Position numbers and translations under genes: made by a program | Part shown: piece after piece, positions 9,965 through 19,800 of the stretch | Position numbering within the stretch: the first letter of the stretch is position 1 | Layout: every line of letters starts with the position of its first letter | NCBI GenBank assembly: GCA_964610875.1 | Contig: CAZSWP010000018.1 | Location: 1 to 64,000 of the forward strand | Length of the DNA stretch: 64,000 nucleotides | DNA from: an uncultured archaeon | GTDB taxonomy: Archaea > Asgardarchaeota > Thorarchaeia > Thorarchaeales > Thorarchaeaceae | Direction of reading: 5' to 3' | The notes under the pieces: generated by a model | Seen by the model: only the letters and a program-made list of their open reading frames with translations | What the model was told of the DNA's origin: nothing | Databases searched by the model: none

Positions 9965-10327
9965 ATGCCGGATTATAGAAGAATAGCCATTGCTACAAGT
10001 ATGGGTGCAATTCTAGGCGTACTCTGCATCATTGGAGTTGGTGGCAGAATCCCTGGTGGATATATTGACAACATTGTATTCCTGATTGGAATGTGGTATA
10101 ACAGAGTGATAATGGGTATGCTCATAGGGTTTGCTGGTGGTATGATCATTATTAAGAGTGATAAAGAGAAGAATCTTGGTAACGCACTAGTCAGAGGACT
10201 ACTCTTTGGGTTCTTGGTTTCATCAGCAATATTCCTCTCCACTGAGTTCAGAGACCTCATGGGTTGGTTCGCAGGACTAGCTTATGGTCCAATCATTGAC
10301 ATTATTGCGACCTATAGTGAGAAATAG
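9965..10327 (+). CDS. Small 4-TM membrane protein
   Basis: Hydrophobic helices and a WYNRVIMG motif. Confidence 0.7.
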   Translation: MPDYRRIAIATSMGAILGVLCIIGVGGRIPGGYIDNIVFLIGMWYNRVIMGMLIGFAGGMIIIKSDKEKNLGNALVRGLLFGFLVSSAIFLSTEFRDLMGWFAGLAYGPIIDIIATYSEK

Positions 10328-10452
10328 TTACAGAGAGCAGTGCTATAACTAGGCCAACAACAAAATGGCATCAATTGATGCATAAAGAACATTAACTGTA
10401 ATATTACCGAATAGAGAAAATTTATATATTAAATGTACAATATTACAGTTAA

Positions 10453-11379
10453 GTGATAACAACAATGTTCGATAATTTCGATGATGAATTTGAAGACGAC
10501 TTTGAGGACTTCGATTCAGAAGATGATGAAGAACTCGAAGATTTTGTAGATGAGATGGTTGATAGAAAGGACGAGATTCGAGACAGAATAGACGAAGTTC
10601 GTGATAACGTGGATGAACTAGGTGATTTACAGCAACAGATTGAAGATGTAAAGAGAATGCGTGAAGACATAGTTCGTATGCAGAAAGATATGTCTCATCA
10701 GATGGAAGAGCTACAGAGATTGAAATCTGAACGTAGACGAACCTCTCGACCTCCAAGACCTCCCCGAGCTCCAAGATATTCTCGGTCTGCTATGATTGAT
10801 TTATCTCCCCTGACAGAGAGTCTTGATGATATGATGTCCACCCTTGGTGAAGAGATTGAACACTCATTGGAGGGCATCGGTGATATCAAGATACCAAAGA
10901 TTCGACTCTCATCTGGTTCTAAGAGGAAACGCAGACGTAGCAAAACGAGAACGGAAAACATACCTCCTGAGCGTGTGGCTCGTATAGTTGCACCATTGGG
11001 TAGTGAGGAACGTCTGAAAATCTTGGAGTATCTAAAGTCTGGACCAAAGAGCTTCAATGAACTAGAATCATATACGGGAAAGACCGGTAGTTCACTTACT
11101 CATCACCTGAATCCCTTACTTGATGTGGGATTCGTTATCAAAGGCGAGGTACGTGGCACATACTACATAACAGTTGAAGGTAATCTTGCTTACCGTCTTG
11201 CTCAATGGCTCACAGGTCGTCTTGAGCAGGAAATCAGCTATCGGACGAAGAAAAAGGAGAAGACCGATGAATATGGAGCTTCTAATGATTCCATGGATAG
11301 CGATGGACCTGTAGCTATTGTGATAGAAGATGAAGATGCAGATGAAACTGCACTAGACAATGATATGGAGGAATTCTAA
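10453..11379 (+). CDS. ArsR-family wHTH regulator with acidic/coiled-coil N-terminus
   Basis: wHTH segment LGSEERLKIL...SFNEL...SSLTHHLNPL...GTYYIT, and a very acidic N-terminus. Confidence 0.8.
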   Translation: MITTMFDNFDDEFEDDFEDFDSEDDEELEDFVDEMVDRKDEIRDRIDEVRDNVDELGDLQQQIEDVKRMREDIVRMQKDMSHQMEELQRLKSERRRTSRPPRPPRAPRYSRSAMIDLSPLTESLDDMMSTLGEEIEHSLEGIGDIKIPKIRLSSGSKRKRRRSKTRTENIPPERVARIVAPLGSEERLKILEYLKSGPKSFNELESYTGKTGSSLTHHLNPLLDVGFVIKGEVRGTYYITVEGNLAYRLAQWLTGRLEQEISYRTKKKEKTDEYGASNDSMDSDGPVAIVIEDEDADETALDNDMEEF

Positions 11380-12177
11380 TTGAGACTGACTGTAGACAAG
11401 AGTATAAAGCTCGTAGAAAACGAAACGAAAATTATGGACACCAAGAAAGCTCTGGTCACTTTGAAAGCCGGTTGTATATGGTCCTATCTAAAACAGAATG
11501 GTGACAATGTAGGAATCGCTTTCCGAGGTCAATCTCACTTTGCTGTTGATGCTATCGTGCACACCAAACGAGGTGCTGTAGGTGATTCATTCAGTGGTGA
11601 ATTAGGAGGTATTCAACTATTTCTTGGAGAAACCAGCCTTGAGAACCAATCTAGAGATGCAACACAAGGTGATCTTGCTCCTCTCGGATTCTCAAGTGGT
11701 GATGCATTTACCCAACAGGTGGATGAGAAGATCAAAAGCAAGAATGGTGATGTTAGATCGAAGGGCAAGATAGGGAAGGATGAAGGACAGATTCTCATTG
11801 GTGCCAATAAGCAGGATACAGGTATTGTTCTCATAGTCGGTGATGATGATAATCTTGTAGTGACATATGGCAAGAAAGTCCATGTTTCAGGAGATAGAGG
11901 TCACGTTGTTGTGGATAAAGGTGGAGTTAGTATAGCCGGTGACCGTGAAACCATAATAATCGACCGTGATGGAATTCATGGAATTGAGATTCCTGAGATT
12001 GAAATTCCTGATATTGGGAAAGTTGTTGGGCGTGCAGTATCAGAATCCATGAGAGGACTCAAAGGCTTGAAAGGTTTGAAAGGCTTGAAGCGAATGCGTG
12101 GCTTCTCACATGCTGCCCGAGATGCTACTCATGCATGGGATGATGTTGACGACTTCGACTGGGATGACGACGAATAG
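11380..12177 (+). CDS. Hypothetical protein, probably co-transcribed with the ArsR-like gene
   Basis: Directly abuts the upstream stop codon. Beta-rich, with a GLK repeat near the C-terminus. Confidence 0.65.
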   Translation: MRLTVDKSIKLVENETKIMDTKKALVTLKAGCIWSYLKQNGDNVGIAFRGQSHFAVDAIVHTKRGAVGDSFSGELGGIQLFLGETSLENQSRDATQGDLAPLGFSSGDAFTQQVDEKIKSKNGDVRSKGKIGKDEGQILIGANKQDTGIVLIVGDDDNLVVTYGKKVHVSGDRGHVVVDKGGVSIAGDRETIIIDRDGIHGIEIPEIEIPDIGKVVGRAVSESMRGLKGLKGLKGLKRMRGFSHAARDATHAWDDVDDFDWDDDE

Positions 12178-12201
12178 GACCCTTCTTCATGAAAAAAAAT
12201 C

Positions 12202-12227
12202 AACTCTCGTCCAATGGGGCGAGAGTT
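12202..12227. terminator. Stem-loop between convergent genes
   Basis: AACTCTCGTCC-aatg-GGGCGAGAGTT with an adjacent A8 tract (a U tract on the minus strand). Confidence 0.5.
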
Positions 12228-12228
12228 C

Positions 12229-14199
12229 TCATTTTTCTTGAGCTGTTGCTGATTGATGCATCGCTCTCGGTTTGATTTGCAACTCATAGAGTGAGTAGTA
12301 TTTTCCTTTCTTTGCCATCAGTTCGCCATGACGTCCTGATTCTACAATTTTACCATCTTCGAGAACTAGAATTCTATCTGCATTCACAATTGTCGAGAGT
12401 CTGTGTGCAATCACGATGGATGTTCGGTCTTTTAGTAGAGCTTTCATTCCTTTCTGAATTGCATACTCAGTATAGATGTCGATAGAACTCGTTGCCTCAT
12501 CAAGCACAAGGATCTTTGGATTTGCTAATAAAGCTCTAGCGAAGCTTACAAGCTGTCTCTCTCCCTCTGAGAGATTACTTCCTCTCTCACCAACTTCAGT
12601 GTCAAATCCGTTCTCTAAACTTTCAAGCACTCTTCTTGCTCCGATAGCATCTATTGCTTTCAGCATCTCTTCATCAGATGCTCCAGGTCTTCCATATCTA
12701 ATGTTCTCCCTGACAGTTCCCATGAACAGGAATGGGTCCTGCAGGACTAGACCTATACTGGCTCGCAGTGACTCCTGCGTAACACTACGAATATCAATGT
12801 CATCAATCTTGATTGCTCCTCGTGGGTGCACCTTCAGTTTCTCCCCATCAATCATGACATGGTCGTCTTCAACTGTATATTCCTCGCCCTCGATTACAAC
12901 AGAATTGGCGATTATATCATAGGTTCTTCCATTGTATTTTACAAATACATCACGTTGTACATCATAGAATCTATTCAGCAGGCTTACAACAGTAGTCTTC
13001 CCTGCTCCTGTATCACCAACAAGAGCGATTGATTCACCTGGCTTTATTTCTAGGTTGAAATGTTCGAGAACAGGTTTCCCTTCTACGTAACCAAAAGTGA
13101 CATTATCAAAGGTAATCCTTCCTTGTATCTCAGGCATTTCAATGGCTGTAGGGCTATCCATTATTGTCGGCATCTCATCAAGAACACTAAATACTCTCTC
13201 TGCTCCAGCAAATGCACTTTGTACACTTGTGTAGAAGTTTGATATTATTAGGATTGGTCGGAAGAACATCTGGCTGAACTGAATGAAGAGAACCACAGTT
13301 CCTAGAGTCACAGTACCTTCAATAAGACGAAATCCTCCAAAGAGCAAGATCAAGAAAATCCCGGCAGCACCAATGAATCTGATTGTGGGGAAAAATGTCG
13401 ATTGTGCCTTACCAGCATCAATATTTGCTCGATAATCTGCTTTGTTGATTTCATCAAAAATCTCTACACTCACATCTTCACGGGCAAAGCTCTTTGTAAC
13501 TTTTGCTCCTGATATGGTTTCAGCGAAATTGGATGTGACACCAGATATAGTCTTTCGAGTACTACGATATGCTTCTCTTAATTTTCTTCGGAAGTAGATT
13601 GTTGAGATTAATAGGATTGGAATGACACTCAAAGAAACAAGCGATAGTTGGACATCCACTGTGAAGATAGTATATCCTATCGCAATCACAATGAAGGCTT
13701 GGGCAAATGCATCAATTAGCCCTCCACTGAGTAACTCACTCATTCTATCGATATCATTTGTGATTCTGCTGATTATTCTTCCAGAGGATGATTTATCATA
13801 GAAATCTTGAGACATGTCTTGTAAGTGTTGATACAAATCTTGTCTGATGTCATATACTGCTTGTTGCCCCATTGAGGAAACAGTGTATTCAGATCCATAT
13901 GCGACAAGCCAAGCGATTATCTGTAGCACCACGTAATAGATTGCTGTATTGAGAAGGGCGGCAATGTCTCCAGAAACAAAGTCGACATCTATTGCTTGTC
14001 TAATAACAAAAGGCTGGATTATTGAAACGATGATGCCTGCAATTGTAAAAATAACTACTGCAAGGAAATGCTTACGGTATGCTAGAAGATAGTTGACCAT
14101 TCTCATGAGAAGGGTCGAATCAGAATAGATGTATGCCCTAGCGTCCGGGTCGTCTTGAATATTCAGACCACTACTCAGCTGATACCCCTCCTTGTTCAA
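12229..14199 (-). CDS. ABC exporter, fused permease/ATPase (heterodimer subunit)
   Basis: TMD plus GDTGAGKT, non-canonical signature LSEGERQ, LDEATS and IAHRL. Confidence 0.95.
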   Translation of the reverse strand: MNKEGYQLSSGLNIQDDPDARAYIYSDSTLLMRMVNYLLAYRKHFLAVVIFTIAGIIVSIIQPFVIRQAIDVDFVSGDIAALLNTAIYYVVLQIIAWLVAYGSEYTVSSMGQQAVYDIRQDLYQHLQDMSQDFYDKSSSGRIISRITNDIDRMSELLSGGLIDAFAQAFIVIAIGYTIFTVDVQLSLVSLSVIPILLISTIYFRRKLREAYRSTRKTISGVTSNFAETISGAKVTKSFAREDVSVEIFDEINKADYRANIDAGKAQSTFFPTIRFIGAAGIFLILLFGGFRLIEGTVTLGTVVLFIQFSQMFFRPILIISNFYTSVQSAFAGAERVFSVLDEMPTIMDSPTAIEMPEIQGRITFDNVTFGYVEGKPVLEHFNLEIKPGESIALVGDTGAGKTTVVSLLNRFYDVQRDVFVKYNGRTYDIIANSVVIEGEEYTVEDDHVMIDGEKLKVHPRGAIKIDDIDIRSVTQESLRASIGLVLQDPFLFMGTVRENIRYGRPGASDEEMLKAIDAIGARRVLESLENGFDTEVGERGSNLSEGERQLVSFARALLANPKILVLDEATSSIDIYTEYAIQKGMKALLKDRTSIVIAHRLSTIVNADRILVLEDGKIVESGRHGELMAKKGKYYSLYELQIKPRAMHQSATAQEK

Positions 14200-16069
14200 T
14201 AGATGCTGCCAGTTCCATCTGAGTAAGAGTTTCTACAATACTTGCATACAACCCACCACGATTTAGTAACTCTTGATGGGAGCCTTTCTCTACAATTCTG
14301 CCTTTTTCCATCATAACAACAGTATCCGCATTTCTCACGGTGCTGAGTCTGTGGGTGATGATGAAAGTGGTACGTCCCACCATAAGGTTCTCAAGCGCTT
14401 GTTGGATCATCATCTCTGTCTTGGCATCAACTGAGCTTGTTGAATCGTCAAGAATGAGTATTTTCGGATTGGCAAGTAAAGCACGAGCTATTGCAATCCT
14501 CTGTTTCTGACCACCACTAAGCGTAACACCTCTCTCTCCAACAACGCTATCGTATCCCTCATCTAATTGCATAATAAAATCGTGAATCATTGCAGCCTTA
14601 GCAGCATTTTGAACTTCTTCCATTGATGCATTTGGCCTAGCAAATGCGATATTCTCACCGATTGTGGATGAGAAGAGAAATGGGTCCTGATGGACCATAC
14701 CTACGCGCTCTCTCAAATTATCTAAGCCGTACTCGCGAACATCATATCTGTCAATCATGAGTATTCCTGGTGTCTGAACTTCGATTGTTCTCCCGTCAAT
14801 CTCCACCTTATCAGATTCTACAAGATATTCCTTCTCTCCAATACTGATTTTTCCGTCCTGCACTTTGTATGTTTTACCATCATATTCGATGTAGGGATCG
14901 CTATCAGCATCATAAAAACGAGGTATTAGATTGACTAGGCTGGTCTTACCTGAACCTGTACCACCGAGAAGTGCAACAACTTGTCCTGCAGGAACATCAA
15001 GAGTGAGGTCCTTGAGAATATGTCTTCCACCAGGATAGCTAAAGAATACATGGTCGAAGGTAACTCTCCCTTCAATCTCCTTGTCAACAGGAACCTCTGG
15101 GTCCGTCACTTCATCCTTATGGTCTAAGATATAGAAAGTTCTCTCCGCGGATGCTGATGCTCTTTGGTACATTCCAACTCCCCAGCTCAGGAAGCGTGCA
15201 GGTAGCATCAACATTCCCACAAGTGTGATGAATGCTACAAATATACCATAGGAGAGTGGGCCATTGCCAGCATCAAATGATATACCACCTAGGTATAGAA
15301 GTAAACCTGTCACAACACCAAACATTGTTGGAAGAAGTGGCCTATAAAAGGCGAATAATCTGAAGGCTTCAACTCTGAGGTCTAAGAATTTCCTATTCTC
15401 TTTCTCAACACGTTCTCTTTCCCTTTCTCCTGCCGCAAATGACTGTACGAGCTTTATGCCCACAATATTTTCTGCCAGTACTGAACTTAGTTCACCGTAT
15501 TGTTCCCTTGCTGCGTAGAATACTGGACGAACACGTTTTGCGAAAGAGTAGATGAAGACAATAATGATAGGGATTAAGAGAAACATATAGAGGGTCAGGC
15601 TGACATCAAGAATGAACATGACTACATAAACACCGAAAAGGGTAGCTGCTCCGATGAAGATGACCCGATATCCCCAGAACAGGAACTCTCTCATTTGTGT
15701 TACGTCTGTTGTGACTCGAGAGAGTAACTGTCCAGTTTCTTCTTTATCATAAAATGATAGGTCCTTTTCCATAAGTGCGTGATAAAGATCTGTACGTAAA
15801 TCATAGATCACATTCTGTGACAGAACTGCTGCACCATACCGTCCTATGATGTCAAATATCATGTACAATGCAGAAAGGAGGGCATAGAGTGCTACACTTG
15901 GAATCAGTTGGTCGTATTGTTCACCATAAATTACAGAATCGATAATATCTGCAAGCACCACTGGCGTCAAGACATTGAATATGGTTCCAACTCCTGCAGC
16001 TGTTAAGAAACCAAAGAATAGCATCTTATGCTTAAGTGCATATTCTGTAAGACGCCTTATGTATCCCAT
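14171..16069 (-). CDS. ABC exporter, fused permease/ATPase (heterodimer subunit)
   Basis: TMD plus GGTGSGKT, LSGGQKQ and a degenerate Walker B (LDDSTS). Confidence 0.95.
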   Translation of the reverse strand: MGYIRRLTEYALKHKMLFFGFLTAAGVGTIFNVLTPVVLADIIDSVIYGEQYDQLIPSVALYALLSALYMIFDIIGRYGAAVLSQNVIYDLRTDLYHALMEKDLSFYDKEETGQLLSRVTTDVTQMREFLFWGYRVIFIGAATLFGVYVVMFILDVSLTLYMFLLIPIIIVFIYSFAKRVRPVFYAAREQYGELSSVLAENIVGIKLVQSFAAGERERERVEKENRKFLDLRVEAFRLFAFYRPLLPTMFGVVTGLLLYLGGISFDAGNGPLSYGIFVAFITLVGMLMLPARFLSWGVGMYQRASASAERTFYILDHKDEVTDPEVPVDKEIEGRVTFDHVFFSYPGGRHILKDLTLDVPAGQVVALLGGTGSGKTSLVNLIPRFYDADSDPYIEYDGKTYKVQDGKISIGEKEYLVESDKVEIDGRTIEVQTPGILMIDRYDVREYGLDNLRERVGMVHQDPFLFSSTIGENIAFARPNASMEEVQNAAKAAMIHDFIMQLDEGYDSVVGERGVTLSGGQKQRIAIARALLANPKILILDDSTSSVDAKTEMMIQQALENLMVGRTTFIITHRLSTVRNADTVVMMEKGRIVEKGSHQELLNRGGLYASIVETLTQMELAASIEQGGVSAE

Positions 16070-16168
16070 TTCTCTGTCCTCTGGGCTATTTCTCTCCTTT
16101 ATGATAAGGCTTGTGTCATTGACATAGAATTAGCACGAGTCTGCAAGGGTTTGATAACAGCTACATGA

Positions 16169-16189
16169 AACCCAGACAAACCTAGACAT
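16169..16189 (+). repeat. Left subterminal repeat (two 10-bp units), inverted partner of 24697-24717
   Basis: AACCCAGACA-AACCTAGACA-T matches the reverse complement of 24697-24717 at 19/21 positions. Confidence 0.8.
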
Positions 16190-16217
16190 TGATTAGGTTA
16201 TAGTTTTACGAAAGACC

Positions 16218-16838
16218 ATGTTCTCAGTAGCACAAGCTGCTCTTCGCCTTGGTGTCTGTGTCAAGACCCTCCATCGATGGGACCATGTAGGCAAGCTCCA
16301 CTGCACGAGGACTCTGGGTGGGCATCGCAGGATCCCCCTCTCTGAAGTCAACCGTCTGCTGGGCATCTTCCATCGGAAGCTCCTCGACACTCCACCTCAA
16401 CGAAAGAGATGCGCCATCTATGCACGAGTATCAGGTCATCGACAGAAGACTGATGGAGACCTTGACAGACAACTTCACACGCTCACACAGGAATGTAAGA
16501 ACCTATTCAGGACCAGCCCCATCGTCCTCTCAGACATCGGTTCCGGACTGAACATGCGACGCAGATGCCTCAAACGGTTATTGAAACTAGCTAGACAAGG
16601 TGTGATCCATGCAGTGCTCCTCACTCATAGGGACAGGCTAGCACGATTTGGAGTGGAACTTATTGAACGCATCCTAGAAGAGTATGGAGTCAAAGTTATT
16701 GTGCTCTATGAGGAGACCCATCAGACCCCACAAGAGGAACTGGTCACTGACATGATGGCCCTGCTAGCCTCCTTCTCAGGGAGGGTCTATGGGCTTCGGG
16801 CCCGACAACACAGCAAGTCTACCACTCTCCAAACCTGA
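16218..16838 (+). CDS. tnpA: IS607-family serine recombinase/transposase TnpA
   Basis: MerR-like HTH (LGVCVKTLHRWD..GGHRR), then YARVS (catalytic Ser), DIGSGLN, RDRLARFG and ELVTD...SFSGRVYGLR. Confidence 0.95.
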   Translation: MFSVAQAALRLGVCVKTLHRWDHVGKLHCTRTLGGHRRIPLSEVNRLLGIFHRKLLDTPPQRKRCAIYARVSGHRQKTDGDLDRQLHTLTQECKNLFRTSPIVLSDIGSGLNMRRRCLKRLLKLARQGVIHAVLLTHRDRLARFGVELIERILEEYGVKVIVLYEETHQTPQEELVTDMMALLASFSGRVYGLRARQHSKSTTLQT

Positions 16839-19800
16839 ATCCTACCTTCTTCATCAGCTGAATCACATCTTCTTCAATAGCTCCGTGTTCTCTGTCTGCA
16901 ATACCATAGCTCTCCAGTGCACTAGTAATATCACTACTGACCGTGACTGGGGAGATGAGGTCTCCTGTGGGAGGTGAGAATGGTGGAATAACTCGGACTC
17001 CCACAACATCTCCAGTAGTGGTTTCAAAGACCGCTTCGATATACCGCATCTTGGTCGTACGGTCAGTACAGAGCTGCACCTCTCTATAGTGTACATCCTC
17101 TCTTGAAAGGACATCTTCTTCAGCAGCAGAGTCCTCCCTGCTTTCTCGTTCTGTTTTATAAAGCTCGGAGATTCCTGCAAGTCGTTCTGTCAGTTCTGTT
17201 TCATTCAACAAAAGGTACTGCCCGATCTCACTCCCCTCCTCCTCCATAGCTTCAATGAGTGCTTCACAGTCCGTTTCCGTGAAGGAATGACAATAGATTT
17301 TGACCTCTGTCCCATCCTCTTCCCATCTCCTGATGGTGAGGGTGTAGTCACCTGCACTTCCAGAAATTTCTCCAATGCATTGGGGTGGGGTCTCACTCCA
17401 TCCGCGACAAATCAGGTCCTCCCGGAGAGAACCAAACACCGTTTCTACGTTTTCAAGGTGAAGGATATCCACCACACTGGAGACGACCTCTTGGAATTCT
17501 GCTAGGATGCTCTCAAGGTCACGAGTCGGGTCCAATTGGAACGAATATAGATTGTTCATCCAGATCTTCCCTGTGGTGAGGGAAACCACATGCCAGTTGA
17601 TGGCAGTCTTGGAGAGAGAGACCTGTAGATTCCATGAGTTTCTGGTCCAGTCGAAATCATCTGGATGAACACTCCGCACTGACTCTTGCAACCTTGGATA
17701 CGACCGGAGGTGATAGTCCTCCACTCCGAGAAGCCCTCGTACATCCCATTTGACCTCATGGAACAGCTGATTCTTGGTATCGAAGAGTCTTGTTGTTTCC
17801 ACCAGGAGTCCTGCTTCAAAGAGGGAGAGGACCACCCCATCATAGGGGGCCAGAGATGAAGTTGAAGAGACTCCCGTTATAGATATTCTGACCTCATTGT
17901 ACCAGTCATCCACCGCATCAAGCTTCATGGTCACTGGAGCTACCTCTTGCATGGAGAGGAGTTCATGACAGGTCGTCGGATACTGGTAGAGGTCACGGAG
18001 GAACCAGCTCCGTTTCACCAGCGGGATGAGAAAGGTCAGTGATCCATCATAGGTGATGTCACTACGATGGTCCCAGCTCAGATAGCCGATAGTGGTTTCA
18101 TACCCCACACCACGACTGATTGGTCGTCTGAGAACAGACACCAGTTCATCTGTGTCAGTAATGCGTTCCTGTACATCCCCTTCTGTGGTCTCGAAGTCAA
18201 TGACATACTCCTCCCATTCCTCGTCAAGAGCAACCGTGAGGGTAACAGGAATGACCTCTTTCTTGAGTTGGACAAGTCGTAGTAGCTCGGTGTCTATCTG
18301 TTGAGATGAAGTCTTGCCAACTACTGGAAGATGGAGATTTTCAAGAGAGAGGGAGGGGACTACGAACGGATTGGAGAGCTTGATCCAGGGGACAATCCCA
18401 TGTTCTCTATTGAGCGTACTATGTTCGAACACATAGGGAGTCCATGTGTCTTCCTCCTCAAGATACAGCCAGAGAATCCTATGTTGTTCCACTTCAGTGA
18501 TTAGAACATCGGTACGTTGTGAAACACCAAGTGCTCCTTGTGCCATCTCATTGAGAACTGCTGGATCTGTTTCACACCGAGACCATCCCTCAGAGAGCCA
18601 TGGTCCTAAAAGTCCTGTTATGCATCCTGTGAGGTAACCATGGGATGTATGAGGGACTACTAGTATAGCTGCAGAGAGGTTGCCTTCCTCTAGCCAGATG
18701 ATATGTCCTGCTCGACTGCTGGTTCTAAGAGAATGCTCAATGTGCAGCTGCATCAGGATCCTTTTTCGCCATTCCAAGTCCCTATGAATGGCATAGAGGT
18801 CATACTTTGCCTCTATATTCTCAGTATCTGAACGCAGTCCCATCTGATAGAGTGTCCATCCTGTGACTGCCTCCCAGAGCGTTTCTCCAAGGGCACTCTG
18901 AAGATCATCATCATCCTCTTGCTGTATGACAGCACAGACCAGAAGAAAGAGATTGTTTCCGTATAGGAGAAAGAGGTCTGGATGCTTCTCCAACGTTCCC
19001 TCCAGTGCCTGTCTGTGGTCAGAGTTCAGAAGGTGAAAGAGCGCTTTCCGTTGTGGACGGAGTGTCTCCCAGAGAGGTACAAGAGTATCTTCAGAGAGGA
19101 TGATCTCTTGGATTTCATACAGTACTTGTAGTAATTGCTTTGAATCATGGCGTCCCGTTCCCTTTATCGAACTGAGTATGCTTTTACATAGAGAGACTAT
19201 CTTCTCACAGGTACTCTGAATCCCTTTTGGAAGCAGTCTTTCGAGAAGATACTGTGCTGCTGAGTAGATTCTCCTAATCTCCCACAGTCGGGAAGCGACC
19301 GTATCTAGAGAAAAATATAAACTGGAGGGAGTGCTTGGTGGTCGGCAGTGTGTCCATATTGTCCCATCCTCATTCTCAGTTAACACTTTTCTGGGGGTTC
19401 TCTCATAGAACCATCTCCGGGTAATCTTGTTGGCTGATGAATGTGTCTTGCTTGAGCGCGGCGATTCAGGAGGTGGTCTGTCAGAGCAGAATCGCACTCT
19501 TTGCATGAGGGTCTGAGATGATGATGCAACTACTTCATGGGAAACAAATGGTATCTTCTCTTCTATGGTTTCATCAAAGACCTCCTCTTCCGACCTTGGT
19601 CTTCCAAGACTGGGAATTAGGTCTTCAGTAGATGTTAACATCTCAACATGCCGTTCTCTGGTGAGTCGTTCAATGGAGCTCTGGATAGATATGAGTCTGG
19701 TTTCTCTTGCATACATGTTTCTCTGTGTGTGTACTTCTCTCCTCACATCTGCTTCAGTGATATGTCCGTCCCGCCGAGAGCTCCCTCTGAACCGTCGAGA

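Noticed and set aside
12055-12090. 9-bp tandem repeat (and the Thr/Ser codon repeats at ~33369-33453)
   Set aside because: These are coding low-complexity repeats, not CRISPR or mobile repeats.
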